A stretch of 64,000 nucleotides of DNA from Dudresnaya verticillata. Lineage: Eukaryota. A program made the position numbers and the translations under genes. Each line of letters begins with the position of its first letter. Within the stretch, counting starts at the first letter, position 1. The notes under the pieces are model-generated. The model was given only the letters and a program-made list of their open reading frames with translations. It searched no databases and was not told the DNA's origin. Below, piece after piece: positions 37,201 through 48,251 of the stretch. The stretch is from assembly GCA_977862235.1 (NCBI GenBank), contig OZ374560.1, positions 1 to 64,000 of the forward strand, written 5' to 3'.

Positions 37201-37421
37201 CTTGTCTGGATCGCCTTATTGTTGGCTTCGGCTATGACGGGGAGGCTCTTTGTCACGATGCGCGATCGCGCTTCCAGCGGAATGTCGTCAATGCGAATGA
37301 AATTCGGACCAGCCCCCGTGTCGAGGACAGTGAGTTTACGTGCCAAGGTACTAACGGTTGCGCCCAAATCGGCGTACACCTTATAATTCCTCTTGGCCAT
37401 CACGAACAACTGCCCTTGCAC
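34230..37421 (-). pseudogene. pol: E2 pol: PR, RT, RNase H, chromodomain; in-frame stops at 36612 and 36069; no integrase
   Basis: LDTGA, YLDD, DASEY/EKECLAV, ADALSRL joined directly to ...RLSRDRV, then EYVIERI...YRVKWFGY...TWEP. Confidence 0.9.
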
Positions 37422-37590
37422 CCGGGGGGGCTGGTACCTTCGCCATGGGCGTTTTAATGACGTCTGTGACGACTCTATCCGCCCGTTGGCGTCATCTGAA
37501 ACTAACTTCGGGCCCCCCTCCGTGTCAGCACCCGAGGCCTAGGCCTTTCTTCGCGGTGCGACACCCCAGTGTCAGGAGTTGGTGCCCGAG

Positions 37591-40155
37591 TTAGTTTTTG
37601 GCCTGCGGCGGTGGTTGTGGCGCTTCATAGCGATTGACCATCGTCGGATGACGTTCTGCCGCGTGCGGCATGGGTCCGCCTCGTGGCGATTGTGGTCGTG
37701 CAGCACGGCGAGCGGCATCGCGGGTCGCGCGTTCCTTGCAACGTACATACGCATCAGCGGGGACACCAGCCTTCTCGGATTCGGTTAGTCCTTCATAGTT
37801 GGTAATAACCTTCATGAAGTCGCTCATGCGAAGGAAGCAGTCCGGCGTGATGTGTCCGCGGGCGTAGCATTGGTGGCATACCAGTTGCCGACGCGCGTCT
37901 TGACGGGGCGGGCCTCTGTCCTGCCACCCGGGCCTTGCTCGGTGGACGTGAGGGGCATACTCGGAATAGGGGACGCGTGGCGCTGGTATGACCGAGCGCC
38001 CAAAGGCGAGAACAGGGTCCATATCCCTTTCGTCCTCGTCATCGACGTAGCTGTCCGTCGGTAGAGCCGAGGTTGGCACCGACGCTTGCTCGTCTGCCAA
38101 GTACAAATCGCCTTCGGCGTGTGTTTCCATGTCACCGACAGGTCGACTAATGTCTCGGAACTCGACGGAGGACTCCGCTATCATAGCGCGCGCTCCAGGC
38201 TTGGCGCCTCTCGTCTGTGGACGCAGTACCCCTCGGGCATCGCCGATGGCGGATCGCGGTGTGCGTACGGCTTGAGCCGGTGTCAGTAGGTCACGTCGCG
38301 CTGACGCGGAACCGGCTCTGCCGTGTCGTGCGCGGTTGGCATCCCCTTCGTCCTGTTCGAAGTGGACCAGCCGCTCAAATGACAACTCCGCCCTTGGCGT
38401 TTCTTCTCGGAAGCGAGCGACCAGAGACCTGATCGACGGGTCTAACCCGTCGATGTACAGCGTCATCTTTTCCCAATCGGGATATACGTTACCGCAACGA
38501 ATACACGCACCGGCTAGCCGCATCCCATAGGTCGTCTCGTCTTCGCCTTGCTTTTGGGCAGTCGACCGTAGGGCGAGGACAGCGTCCCTGATCGCCGCTG
38601 GCGTAGCATACGTACGGAGGAGGTACTGTACCGCCTCCGGATACGAAGACACCCCGCCGCGATGGCGAGAAGACGTCGACTTGACGGAGCGGAATTGCGT
38701 GGCTGCCGTACATCGCAAGAAGTACGGCAGCGCGACGAACGCTTGGGCTTCGCTCATCTCCAGCGTATCGGCTTCATCCGCGTAACGCGTCAGGAACTCG
38801 AGGACCATGACGGGGTCGCTGCCGTTGAAGGCGGCGTCCTTCATGGTCAGCTCCAGTCGCTTAATGTGGTCCTTGACCTTGCCCGTATCGCGCCCTGAGC
38901 GTTTTTGTCCTACGTCTTTGAGACGGTAAGTCCGGTACGATAATAGCTGATCGAAAAGGGGGTTGGAGGGGCGTAGCTCCTTCAACCCCTTGAACCGCTT
39001 TCCGCGAGGTCTTGCCGCACTGCCGAGAGTTGGGAAGTCGTCGTCTTCAGACGAAGAGTCCGATGACTCTCCGTCACTTGACGAGTACGAAGACGATGAG
39101 GATGGGTCCCCTCGTCGATGACGATTCTTCTTCCGTCTCTGACGTAGCTTCCGACGGCGTTTCTTCCGGTCCTTACGTCTTTGACGATCTTCGCCTGAGC
39201 TCTCGTCACCTGACGGCGGACCATTGCGCCACTTGGCGGTTTCGAGACGCTCTAAGCGAGTCGCAAGTCGCTGAAAGCGTTCGCGTGAGCTAAGCTCAGA
39301 ATGCGAATGAACCGTTACTGCCGGCGGTGGCTGGGTACCCTCGCCTTGGGCGTTTTGGTTCGTCAATAGACGGTCGAGGTCGGATCGAAGTCCTTGTAGG
39401 GCGCCGTTCCGATCTTCTTCCAGCGTCTGTAGACGACTCGCGATTCCTCCGACACTGTCGTCCAGCAACCCGGCGAATCGAGCGAGCATCGCATCGTCCT
39501 CTAAGACGCACACCTCTCGGATCCGTTCGCGTGGTATCGTTAAGTTACTCACGCGGACGGCCGAGGGTGACGCCGTTGGCGGTTGGCTTTCGCGGTTGGA
39601 CCGGTCGGGCGTCCCTTGCGCCCTTTGACTTGGCGAATTCGGCTTAGCCGGTGAACAACCGGCACTGCCGTGGGGAGTGGGGCAACATGCCCCGTGTGTC
39701 AATGGTTCGTCCCCGACGTTGCGCTCCGCGGCGCGCCCCTGTTCGTCGTTGACGTGGATGGTTAGTTGATCCGGAAGTTCCGGTTGTCCCTCGACGATGT
39801 CGGCTTGTGTTCCGTCTACGACGTCCTGTTGCTCGGCTTGTACTGTATCAGCCGAGTCAACATAGGAGCGGTAGGTGCGGAGGGCCGATCCCTCGGGGAC
39901 GGAGGTGCGGACAACGACGGGGTTGTGGCGCGTCGGCGGGGGAGGTAACTCTCCTCCGTTGAGCGACGCGTGGGAGCCTGCGTGGCCGTGGCCCGGGGGT
40001 AGCGTCGGGAACGCCGACGCGATCTCGGGGCTCACGAGGCGCCCAGACCTCGTTGTCATCCGCTGTAGCGACCGTTCAGACACGGGTACACTCCCAGGCG
40101 TCGAAGACGGTCTTCTTGAACTTGGGCCTCGCGACGGCGGCGGTCGTGAGGCCAT
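37591..40155 (-). CDS. gag: E2 gag (854 aa, open)
   Basis: FNGSDPVMVLEF...LLRTYAT...YIDGL core and a CHQCYARGHITPDC CCHC knuckle; homologous to the E1 gag. Confidence 0.88.
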   Translation of the reverse strand: MASRPPPSRGPSSRRPSSTPGSVPVSERSLQRMTTRSGRLVSPEIASAFPTLPPGHGHAGSHASLNGGELPPPPTRHNPVVVRTSVPEGSALRTYRSYVDSADTVQAEQQDVVDGTQADIVEGQPELPDQLTIHVNDEQGRAAERNVGDEPLTHGACCPTPHGSAGCSPAKPNSPSQRAQGTPDRSNRESQPPTASPSAVRVSNLTIPRERIREVCVLEDDAMLARFAGLLDDSVGGIASRLQTLEEDRNGALQGLRSDLDRLLTNQNAQGEGTQPPPAVTVHSHSELSSRERFQRLATRLERLETAKWRNGPPSGDESSGEDRQRRKDRKKRRRKLRQRRKKNRHRRGDPSSSSSYSSSDGESSDSSSEDDDFPTLGSAARPRGKRFKGLKELRPSNPLFDQLLSYRTYRLKDVGQKRSGRDTGKVKDHIKRLELTMKDAAFNGSDPVMVLEFLTRYADEADTLEMSEAQAFVALPYFLRCTAATQFRSVKSTSSRHRGGVSSYPEAVQYLLRTYATPAAIRDAVLALRSTAQKQGEDETTYGMRLAGACIRCGNVYPDWEKMTLYIDGLDPSIRSLVARFREETPRAELSFERLVHFEQDEGDANRARHGRAGSASARRDLLTPAQAVRTPRSAIGDARGVLRPQTRGAKPGARAMIAESSVEFRDISRPVGDMETHAEGDLYLADEQASVPTSALPTDSYVDDEDERDMDPVLAFGRSVIPAPRVPYSEYAPHVHRARPGWQDRGPPRQDARRQLVCHQCYARGHITPDCFLRMSDFMKVITNYEGLTESEKAGVPADAYVRCKERATRDAARRAARPQSPRGGPMPHAAERHPTMVNRYEAPQPPPQAKN

Positions 40156-40260
40156 GATACAATCGTAGAGTTGCTTGAACGTCGTGGACGATTAGCGACA
40201 AACGTCAGAGACGGGGAGTCGGACGTCGCGCGACGGAGAAACTCGTTGAAACGTAGCACA

Positions 40261-40279
40261 ATTCTAGGTCGGGAGACCA
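40261..40279 (-). promoter_or_regulatory. E2 primer-binding site (same tRNA as E1, probably Tyr)
   Basis: TGGTCTCCCGACCTAGAAT on the minus strand, 2 nt after the LTR. Confidence 0.8.
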
Positions 40280-40281
40280 GA

Positions 40282-41130
40282 TGTGGTGCAAACGTCTGTC
40301 GACGATGGACCGCCGAGCAGTTCGGGGCTCGGTGGGTAGCTGCGCCCTTGGCGAGAGGTGGTCCCGCCGTGGGCGACTTGGTGGTAGAGCAAAGGAACAC
40401 GCCTTGGGCGGACTGTAGACGCCGAGGCGGAAGGTGTGAAGGAAGGAAAAAGGGAACAGAAAAGGGAAGCACGTCAAGGACGGGTAGAGACGTGGAAGCA
40501 CGGGAGGTAGACGCTTAGCCGTAGGCAGCGGTAGGGTACGCGCGTGCGGAACGGGGAAGTCTGGACCAAGGCCGGCTTGTCCAGGGTTTACTCAGCATCG
40601 CAGACGGATTACCTAATATACAGTACTACGTGAGCGACGGCGGTAGGCGCGGTGAGCGGGAACTCAGGACGCGTGTCACGTCGTCGAGCGTCTGACACGT
40701 CGTCGTCGCCATGCAGCCGCGCGCGCGAGAGCTCAGGAGTAGCTTACAGGCGCATGCGTGTAGCGTTGCGGGCGATCCGGATTCGGATCCAGATCCCGGC
40801 CAGCATTGCTGGCGCGCGGCCATTACAGGCGCGCTCCTTACATCGCTGTGGATCCGGATGCCGGATCCCGGAGTCCCATCCGGATCCGATCCGGATCCGG
40901 GCCAAGCTTACAGGCGGGCGCCCTGCGCCCGGCCGATCGGGATCGTGCATCCGGATCTGGCCGTACAGTGGGCGCGTGCGCCGCGCCGCGCGGGGTAACG
41001 GCGGCCGTATGCCCGTGGGCCAATCGTCGATGACGTGTTCGCGCGCCAACGGCGGTGGACGTTCCGTCGGTGGACGTTGGCATATAATACGCTCAGAGCG
41101 AAAAAGGGGCAGCCCTCCCCTTGCACCACA
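40282..41130 (-). repeat. E2 5' LTR (849 bp)
   Basis: Perfect TGTGGTGCAA...TTGCACCACA termini; GGATCC-rich U3; homologous to the solo LTR at 47682-50251. Confidence 0.9.
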
Positions 41131-41863
41131 AAAAGGCCACCCTACAAAGGTGCTAAGAATCGAGATGACCCAACCTCGATGTCACGAGTTGCAGCCGCCT
41201 CGTCCGTCCTTCTGCTACACCGAGCCGCGGCGGAAGCTCGGGCAGGATTCGTTATGCCTGGGCTGATACTAAATTGAGCCCTCCGCCCCGAGGTCGCAAG
41301 CTGGCCTCCGCCGTGGCCGCGACCTTCCAAGAAACCACGCTGCCCTGCTCAGACTTCTACGACGCGCACCACTCCGACTGGTCTGGCACGACGCCACGCC
41401 GCGCCCTGCCGACTATATATAAGTGTACGTACCAGGTTGCCACTCCGCCCTGCCTGCCACCACAACCCGCGTTGGGCCGCGAAGCGCGCTTGCCGAAAGG
41501 GTCCGGCCTGCGACAATACTCATCACGCCTGCCCGCCTGTTTGCCGTGCATCGCGACGCCATGGCGTCGCCCTGTCCGGCCTGCCTGGCCTGGCACCATA
41601 CCACGCTCCCGAGACTGGCCTGCTACCATATCAACACACTCCCCAATCCTGCCGTGGTAGCGTCGACGCCACTGTGCCACGCCGCGTGTGTGCAGCGCGC
41701 GCGACCTACCACCATATGTATTACCATGTGTATACACACCATGATGACATTGTTAGGTGCATTAAACTTGGATCACTCGCTACGATTCGTATAGAACGTG
41801 CGCACGTGCGCGGAAGAATTATCAGCGTGGTACGAAGAGTGTTCACCACCCGCCCGCGGAGGC

Positions 41864-42150
41864 GGACGGGTGGTGTAGTGGTTCACCGCTGCGCCGTTGA
41901 TTCCTGGAAACCGAGTTCGACTCCCGCCAGGTCCCATGGTTCTACATTGTCCTCAAGGATTTTTCCCCACCGGGGTTGTTTGCCCATTCTTCTCATGGAG
42001 CCGGCTGGACTGCCTCCAGATTACGGGTGTAAGCCCGTCTAGTGTACCATACAGTAGATATCTGGTTGGTAGGGCGTGTGCCTGCAAATGGGCCCTAGTC
42101 GCCCGCGCAACCGCGCACGTTAAAGATTCAATAAAGTACAACACCACAAC
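41864..42150 (+). mobile_element. tRNA-derived SINE candidate
   Basis: A box TGGTGTAGTGG (41871), B box GAGTTCGACTC (41913); 3' tail homologous to the LINE 3' end at 20601-20675. Confidence 0.7.
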
Positions 42151-42344
42151 TGGCTACCTTTGAATGTAAATGCAGTTACAGTCCAGCGCATGTACTAGTG
42201 ATATTGTTGCTGCATGGGAAGGGGCTGGTATGGAATCGTACAAACGTTTTTCAACGTGCCCTAGTGTGCACACTCCTAGGTGTAGAAGGATAGTGCTTCA
42301 TGAAGCACTGCAACTAGCGGAGCAGGTGCTCTGGTACTTTATCT

Positions 42345-45300
42345 CTACACATTATTGGACTGCTGACTGCGTCTACGGCTACTTCGCGAACGTTCGAATC
42401 TCGGTGGCGGTACAGCAATCATTTCTTCATCGTCCTCATCCGACTCGGGGCACATCTTGCGCTGGACTTTGGCCTCGAAGTGAGCCCGCTGTGGTGTAGA
42501 TATTGTGGCTCTGACTAGTACCTTCTCTGTGTGCCACTGTTCCCAGCAGGCATTACAGATTGGTTGTCTGCAAACAAAACACCACTGTCTCATTCTAGCA
42601 CCGCCTTTCTTCCTGAAAGACTTTCCTTGTAGCTTGAGCGTAAAACTATAACAACATAGGGAGCAATATGCGTCATTGCCTCGAACTCTATGATGAGTGC
42701 TTGCTCTGCCTAATCTGCGGTCAGCGTCTGCCATGCGGTTGTACTTCCCTACAGCATACTTAGTGTAGCGCCGAGTAGAAATGACCTGCTTGTGCGTTTC
42801 CGGTGCAGCACCACCGGGCGGCTTTTGCTCAACGAAATCCTTCGCAAGCATGCGTGCGAACCCCGAAACTGTGCAGCGCTTCGAGACATCATGACGCATA
42901 GATGTGTATCCCTTTCTTCCAAGACGTGCATAGTTTTCGATTTCTAGCAGGAGCCCTTTTGACTTCGCTACCACAAGTCGATATACGATAGCGGCGTTGC
43001 TAACTTGTGCGCATAAAAGCCTTCCCAGGACGCTTACGATGGGGCTCTCGGAAGAGTTGTACTGAGAAAGGCTCTTGAGAGTGCGACTGAATTCGTCTAC
43101 GCCTCCTTTAACGTGATTCCAGTAGACCAAACTTGAAGGCCTTATCATTCGGGCCGGAGGGAGTGGACCGTGCCGCTTCACAAGCTGCTTGTATGCTTGG
43201 CTCAAGTTGTAGAAAGACAGACCCAAAAGAGTAAAGGTCTGTGGCATGCGTGTTAATCAGTATTTCGTCGAAAGTGCTCGGAATCAGTCTTGCATTACCG
43301 CCAATCCATTGGAAGCAAGATACACGAATTGAGGACATCACGTACTTGTACATGGCAAGGATGGTTTCACTGAACTCCAAAATTGCACATTACAGAATAG
43401 TGCCGATGCCAGTGTTGCTCCCCTTGGCGACGACAAATACAACTCGGGGCTTCCCTAGTACGGCTGCGTGATAGAGAAATTGCAAGCGATAGGCTGTGCT
43501 GGGCACCAGTTCATGGAAGACGTTAGTTGTTTCTTGGCAGGTTCCCACCTGTACACGCACAATACGTCCGTAACGTGATCTAACTTTCTCCGCCTTCAGA
43601 ATTGTGGAAAGTGAAGTCATTGTCTTGATTTCGATAGAACAAACGAAGATATCGTCATACTCAGTAGCTAGTGCAAGGATACCGTCCGGGCTCCCGGCTA
43701 GCATCTCTGAATAATTAGACCCGATGAGGCCCACAGTGCAAATTTACTTAACCATATAGACTGCAGTGGCACGGTTGCTGTCGAGCCCAGCTTCCGCGGT
43801 ACTTCTCGCCAGTATAACCCGGTGTTCTGAGAAGAACGACGGCATGCGCTTGAGAACCTCGGCTTCATTTCCCGATCCTTCTTTCATACCCGGCGTGCTA
43901 ACCAGGGGCCTCATGAACCATGCACTCAAGGAAGCAGAGTACATAACGCCTCTCATTTTGTCAGCATGCTCCTTCAATCTCTCATCTTCCGAAATGTCTT
44001 CATTATCCCGGGTGCTGATTTCCACATCACCACTTAGGTAACTCTTTTTAAGGTTCAACAGCTTTTCGAAGAGCTGTGCTTTCCTTGTTGATGCTGTTTG
44101 CCGACAACCAAGAGATGAAAGCAATGCAGACAATACTCGGACTGTCATGCCTCTCTCACTTAGTGTCTCAGCAGTACAACTTCGTAGTGTATCCACTGCT
44201 TCTGTCGTGGCACCTGATTGCGGTGCTTCTCTCTTCTGCATATTCAGAACACATAAGATAGGGTCCCAGTTGCCGGCCAAAACTATTCCCGTGCTGTGTG
44301 CATCCGATGGCAGTATCGCAGCTCCGGTAGTAATACGTTTTCCCTTCAACAGCTCTGACATTCCATCCAAATGTTTAACGAAGTCGCTAGAGAATGCTGA
44401 AACGAATCCATGCGTCGTTCTTGATGTGAAGAGAAAGGCTCTTGCCAAAAACCAGCCTGGATCCTCCGACTGTAACACTGTGTAATGTCTAATGCTGGAT
44501 ATTGCGAGAGAGACTCTCAATCGAGGAATATAAGTTGTATCGTTCTCGTATTGCCTGCTTCGAGATGAACGCTGATTCAAGGTGCCCCTTGTGGCGTTGC
44601 AGCCGCTGTATATCTCCTAGAAGAGATCACCAGATGTACACGAGGGATTCCGGTACCGGTATCCGCTCTTTGGTATTAGTGTGAAAGAGTTGGCCCCAAC
44701 CAGCTCTGTGTTATTGTGATACATAGCAGCTATTCGTCCAGTTACTGCCTCTCGATAGACCAGCGCTTGAACTTTCTTCCCTGTTGCACCTGTTCTCTTC
44801 ATTGTCGCGCTATATACAGCACGGCTCCCTTGCTCACTGACCTTCATGCCTTTGTGTCGCTTAGAAATTGGTCCCTCCCCAAACACGAACTGAAAGTCCA
44901 AACTGCGCTTGTGTGTCCCGAGTCCAGTCGCTCCAAGTGTGTCGTTGATGAACGCTATCACCTCCTTCGAATTGTAACTCCTATCCGCAGCAAAAACTGC
45001 GTCGGTCATCGGTACGATTGCTCCTGGGGTTGCGCTTCGTTGAATTAGCGGCACAAGTCACTGCAACACATCCAGGATCTTTTCCCTTGGACGTGAGTAG
45101 TGGCTTGCTATGAAGGCAGATGTTAACGCAGAACATACGGCGTTATTTACGGGCCGAGGGCTTTCTGGGGGTTGTTAATGTGGGACAAGTTTGTGAGTTG
45201 GGTTACCGCACGTGACCGCAACCTTTGGTGGTCATCGTCCAGGATGAATATAGTCTTGCCTGGGACGTAAACAACCGCACGATTGATGGCAGCAAGTTCG

Positions 45301-46649
45301 TTTTCCAGTTCTGTGATAAGCTGGTTCCCCTCTATGGGTCTGTTAGACCACCCAGTGCCTAGATCCTGTACTCTCTGTCGTCTGTCCTTCGTGCCACTCA
45401 GAGCTGACCACACGTTCAAGCACCTCCTTCCGGACAGTCCAGTCTGGAAGAAGAAGTACTTATTACCGGGTTCAGCCATGGTAGTAACAGAGCATTGATA
45501 TGAGGCAGCGAAGACATGCGTCACAATAACAAACTTGACCTCATGGCATGTGGTTAAAGGCTTTGATTTGGCCTTCAGCACTCTGTTAATGTGGGCTTTA
45601 AGCTTTGATAGCAACGAAACCGGCAAAAAGACATCGAATAGTGCGAGGGGGGGTACTGAGGTTTCCGTTACGAGCACAGACTCTCCAGTATTGACTTGTA
45701 CCTCGTACAATGCGTTGCTCAGTATCTTGTTCGCCTCCCACAAAAACCTCTTGCCCAGACTCTCATCTACGTCATCGAGCCGCATCTCCACATCATCGAG
45801 AGCAGGAGCGTAATCCCAGTCGGGCAGTCCTCCAACTTGATGGGCAGCACTTCTTTCGGATGCGCTGGCAGTGTTAGTAATCTGCTGCAGCAAATGAGTC
45901 TCTTCCTCTGCCATAATTTCCGCGTTTTCCCATAGCAGGTCTGTTGGGTCGTGAAACAAAGAGGACCAATAGTCATCAGTTGCCACCTTGCGTGCTTCGT
46001 TTGTGCTTCTCGTTACATCGATATCAGCAAAAGGGGTAGAGACGCGTCTTGCGGGAACCAATTCATGGTAAAGGGCTTCAACTTCCGCGTCTGAGACAAC
46101 CATGTCACTTGGGGGTATCGAATTTTCAGAGTCTGTTTCACCAGCAGCAGCGCTGCTCGAATCGTTTTGTTGTTCCCCACGGAAATCGGTATTTGCAGCT
46201 ACTCCTGCCTCTGGAAAGTAAAGCCCGTCTTGCTCAGAGCCAGACGATCCTACTGTATCTTTCAGAACATTTTCGTGTGCATGCGGCAACGTCCTGCGTC
46301 GTGCACCGTCATTACCCGGACCATCATTACATGGCCCCGGAGTGTCAGCGGAACCGAAACGCAACTGGCGGCAAACTGCGTTCGGACTGGTAGCTTCATG
46401 GTCTCGGTCGAAACCTCGAGCTTGATGTTCACCCGCGTTTGCCAGCCGCAATGCATATCCTCCATTCACTTCGTCAGGTGATGCAGAAATACCCCGGGGT
46501 ATCGACCGATGGGTCGGCGTCAGCGCGAACAAATCATCGCAATGCTCTCGTGCAGGCCCCTCTGTCGGGGCTGCACCACTATTTAGATGCGGGTCTATCT
46601 TTTCGGGAGAGGGCTCGAAAATGCAAACTCCTCGATCGGAGCTTTCCAT
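42345..46649 (-). pseudogene. piggyBac-like transposase (~1430 codons) with inserted SAP-like and YqaJ/lambda-exonuclease-like domains; several stops and frameshifts
   Basis: D1 ILDDDH, D2 AADRSYNS...GT, SAP-like MTVRVLSALLSSLG...KAQLFEKL, GSPDG...EIKT...Q..YH nuclease, D3 WNHVKGGVD, Cys-rich CSLC...CFVC..PICNAC...WH. Confidence 0.82.
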
Positions 46650-46832
46650 GTCTTATGATAGCCTGCTTTCGCCTGGCCAGTTCGAACTAGTGACTAGTCA
46701 ACAGGTTCGTAACAATTATACACAATCACGAACTTTCTAAACAACAAGTCCTCACTTCCTGAACACTTGTCCAGCACAAAGACTAGCCTCTGTAAGGTGG
46801 CTGCGATAAAAACAGTGCGCAGGCTTGGAAGC

Positions 46833-47177
46833 TTTCGCGGCAGGCCGGGCAGGGCGGCGTCGGTTCGTGGCAGGCCGCAGCCTGCGACCTCGGGCGTGAG
46901 GGCGCTCGGTTTGGTAGCAGCCCGAGCGGGGCGGCGTCGCGTGGTGGCAGTGGAGGGGGTGAGGGTGAGGGGTGAGGGTGAGGGGGTTAAACTCAGCTGC
47001 GTGAGGTGAGGGGTTGGGGTGAGGGGTTGGGGTGAGGAGAGGTGAGGCCGGGGGTCGCCGACCTGAGCTTGGTGATTTGGCAGGTGAGTCTCACCAACCG
47101 GAGCCGATTCACAAATTTCACCCCTTTTTCACTTCATGTCATGCGTGAGGACTTTTCCTCACGCAACAGGCACGGGG
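46833..47177 (-). repeat. piggyBac right TIR (345 bp)
   Basis: Reverse complement of 31414-31758. Confidence 0.95.
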
Positions 47178-48251
47178 TTAAATGCGCACGCCACGATGGC
47201 AAACGTATGACAATACGCATACTCTGCGCGCGCCACGATGGAATTCGCATTACAGCACGCACGCGATACGAAATCGCTGACACCCCGGATGAATTCAGAG
47301 CTGACTTGTTGATCACGCGCGCTACGAATTACAGTGCACAGCCGATACGAAATCGCTGACATGTTCGTGATCTTCCCATTGTTTCCCACGCGTGACGGCA
47401 CCGAGGCCCACGACGCGAGTGCACCTCCGTATGCATCGCTGGCGAACTTCGTAACCGCCACCATACGTGAGACCCCCGTTCCTTGGCACCGAGGCCGTTA
47501 CGAATCATTCGAGTACGAACCGTCTCCGGCGTTGACGTGTATTCATGCTCATGTATTATTACTTAGCCAGTCGTCTGGCACAACCTCCGAGGGTTTCCGG
47601 CAAGCGACTAGCGCCCGGACCTCGGAGTCTTCGGTAAACGCCTGTTTTTTCGAGTTGGGTGTCTTCCTCTTCGTGCCTGCGTGTGGTGCAAGGGGGGGTG
47701 AGCCCCTTTTTCGCTGAAAGCGAAGCAACAAATACGTCGACCGACGGAGAAACCGCTACCGGCGCTCAACACCGCCGTTGGCGCACGAACACGTCATCGA
47801 CGGCTCACTGGGGTGCGCGCGCACGTTGCGCGCCGCGCGCCATGCGGGCACTGTACGGTGATGGGCCGATATGGCGCCCCGGGGCACTGTAACACGGATC
47901 TAGATGGGATCCGGATCGGGTATCCAGATTGGCTATCTGGATCGTCTGCGCTGTAAGGTACGCGCCTGTAAGGCTGCGAGTGTTCGCATTGCTGGCCCGG
48001 ATCCGGATGGGGATCGGGATCAGAAAAGTATCGGATTAGATCAAGGGCGCACGCTCTACAGTACACGCGCGCGCACAGCTGTAAGGCGCACGCGTCCACG
48101 TGTGTGTAAGCGCCCACGCAGGGGGTTGCGCGGCAACCTGTCAGGCGCGCGGCTGCATACGATGGGTGATCTGTCAGACGCGCCTCGGGACGACACGTGT
48201 CCCGAGTTCCCGCGCTACGCACACGCACCGCCGCCGCCGCACCGCCGTGCT

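Larger units (their letters stand above)
31890..41130 (-). mobile_element. Gypsy chromodomain LTR retrotransposon E2 (3' LTR missing, integrase deleted)
   Basis: 5' LTR 40282-41130, PBS, gag, PR-RT-RH-chromodomain, antisense accessory ORF. Left boundary approximate. Confidence 0.9.
31414..47177 (-). mobile_element. piggyBac-superfamily DNA transposon with long TIRs; contains nested Gypsy E2 and a SINE
   Basis: TTAA at 31410-31413 and 47178-47181, CCCC...GGGG termini, 345-bp TIRs, DDD transposase remains with a Cys-rich C-terminus. The flanks rejoin to match the empty paralogous site at ~62530-62600. Confidence 0.92.

Noticed and set aside
34230..37421. TAA/TAG at Gln positions suggesting an alternative genetic code
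   Set aside because: The GTPase ends at TAG right after its CaaX-like motif, the long host ORFs have no internal TAR codons, and TGA stops and frameshifts also occur in the TEs. Mutation explains it better.
41864..41935. Functional tRNA gene
   Set aside because: Acceptor and anticodon stems do not pair properly; better explained as a SINE head.
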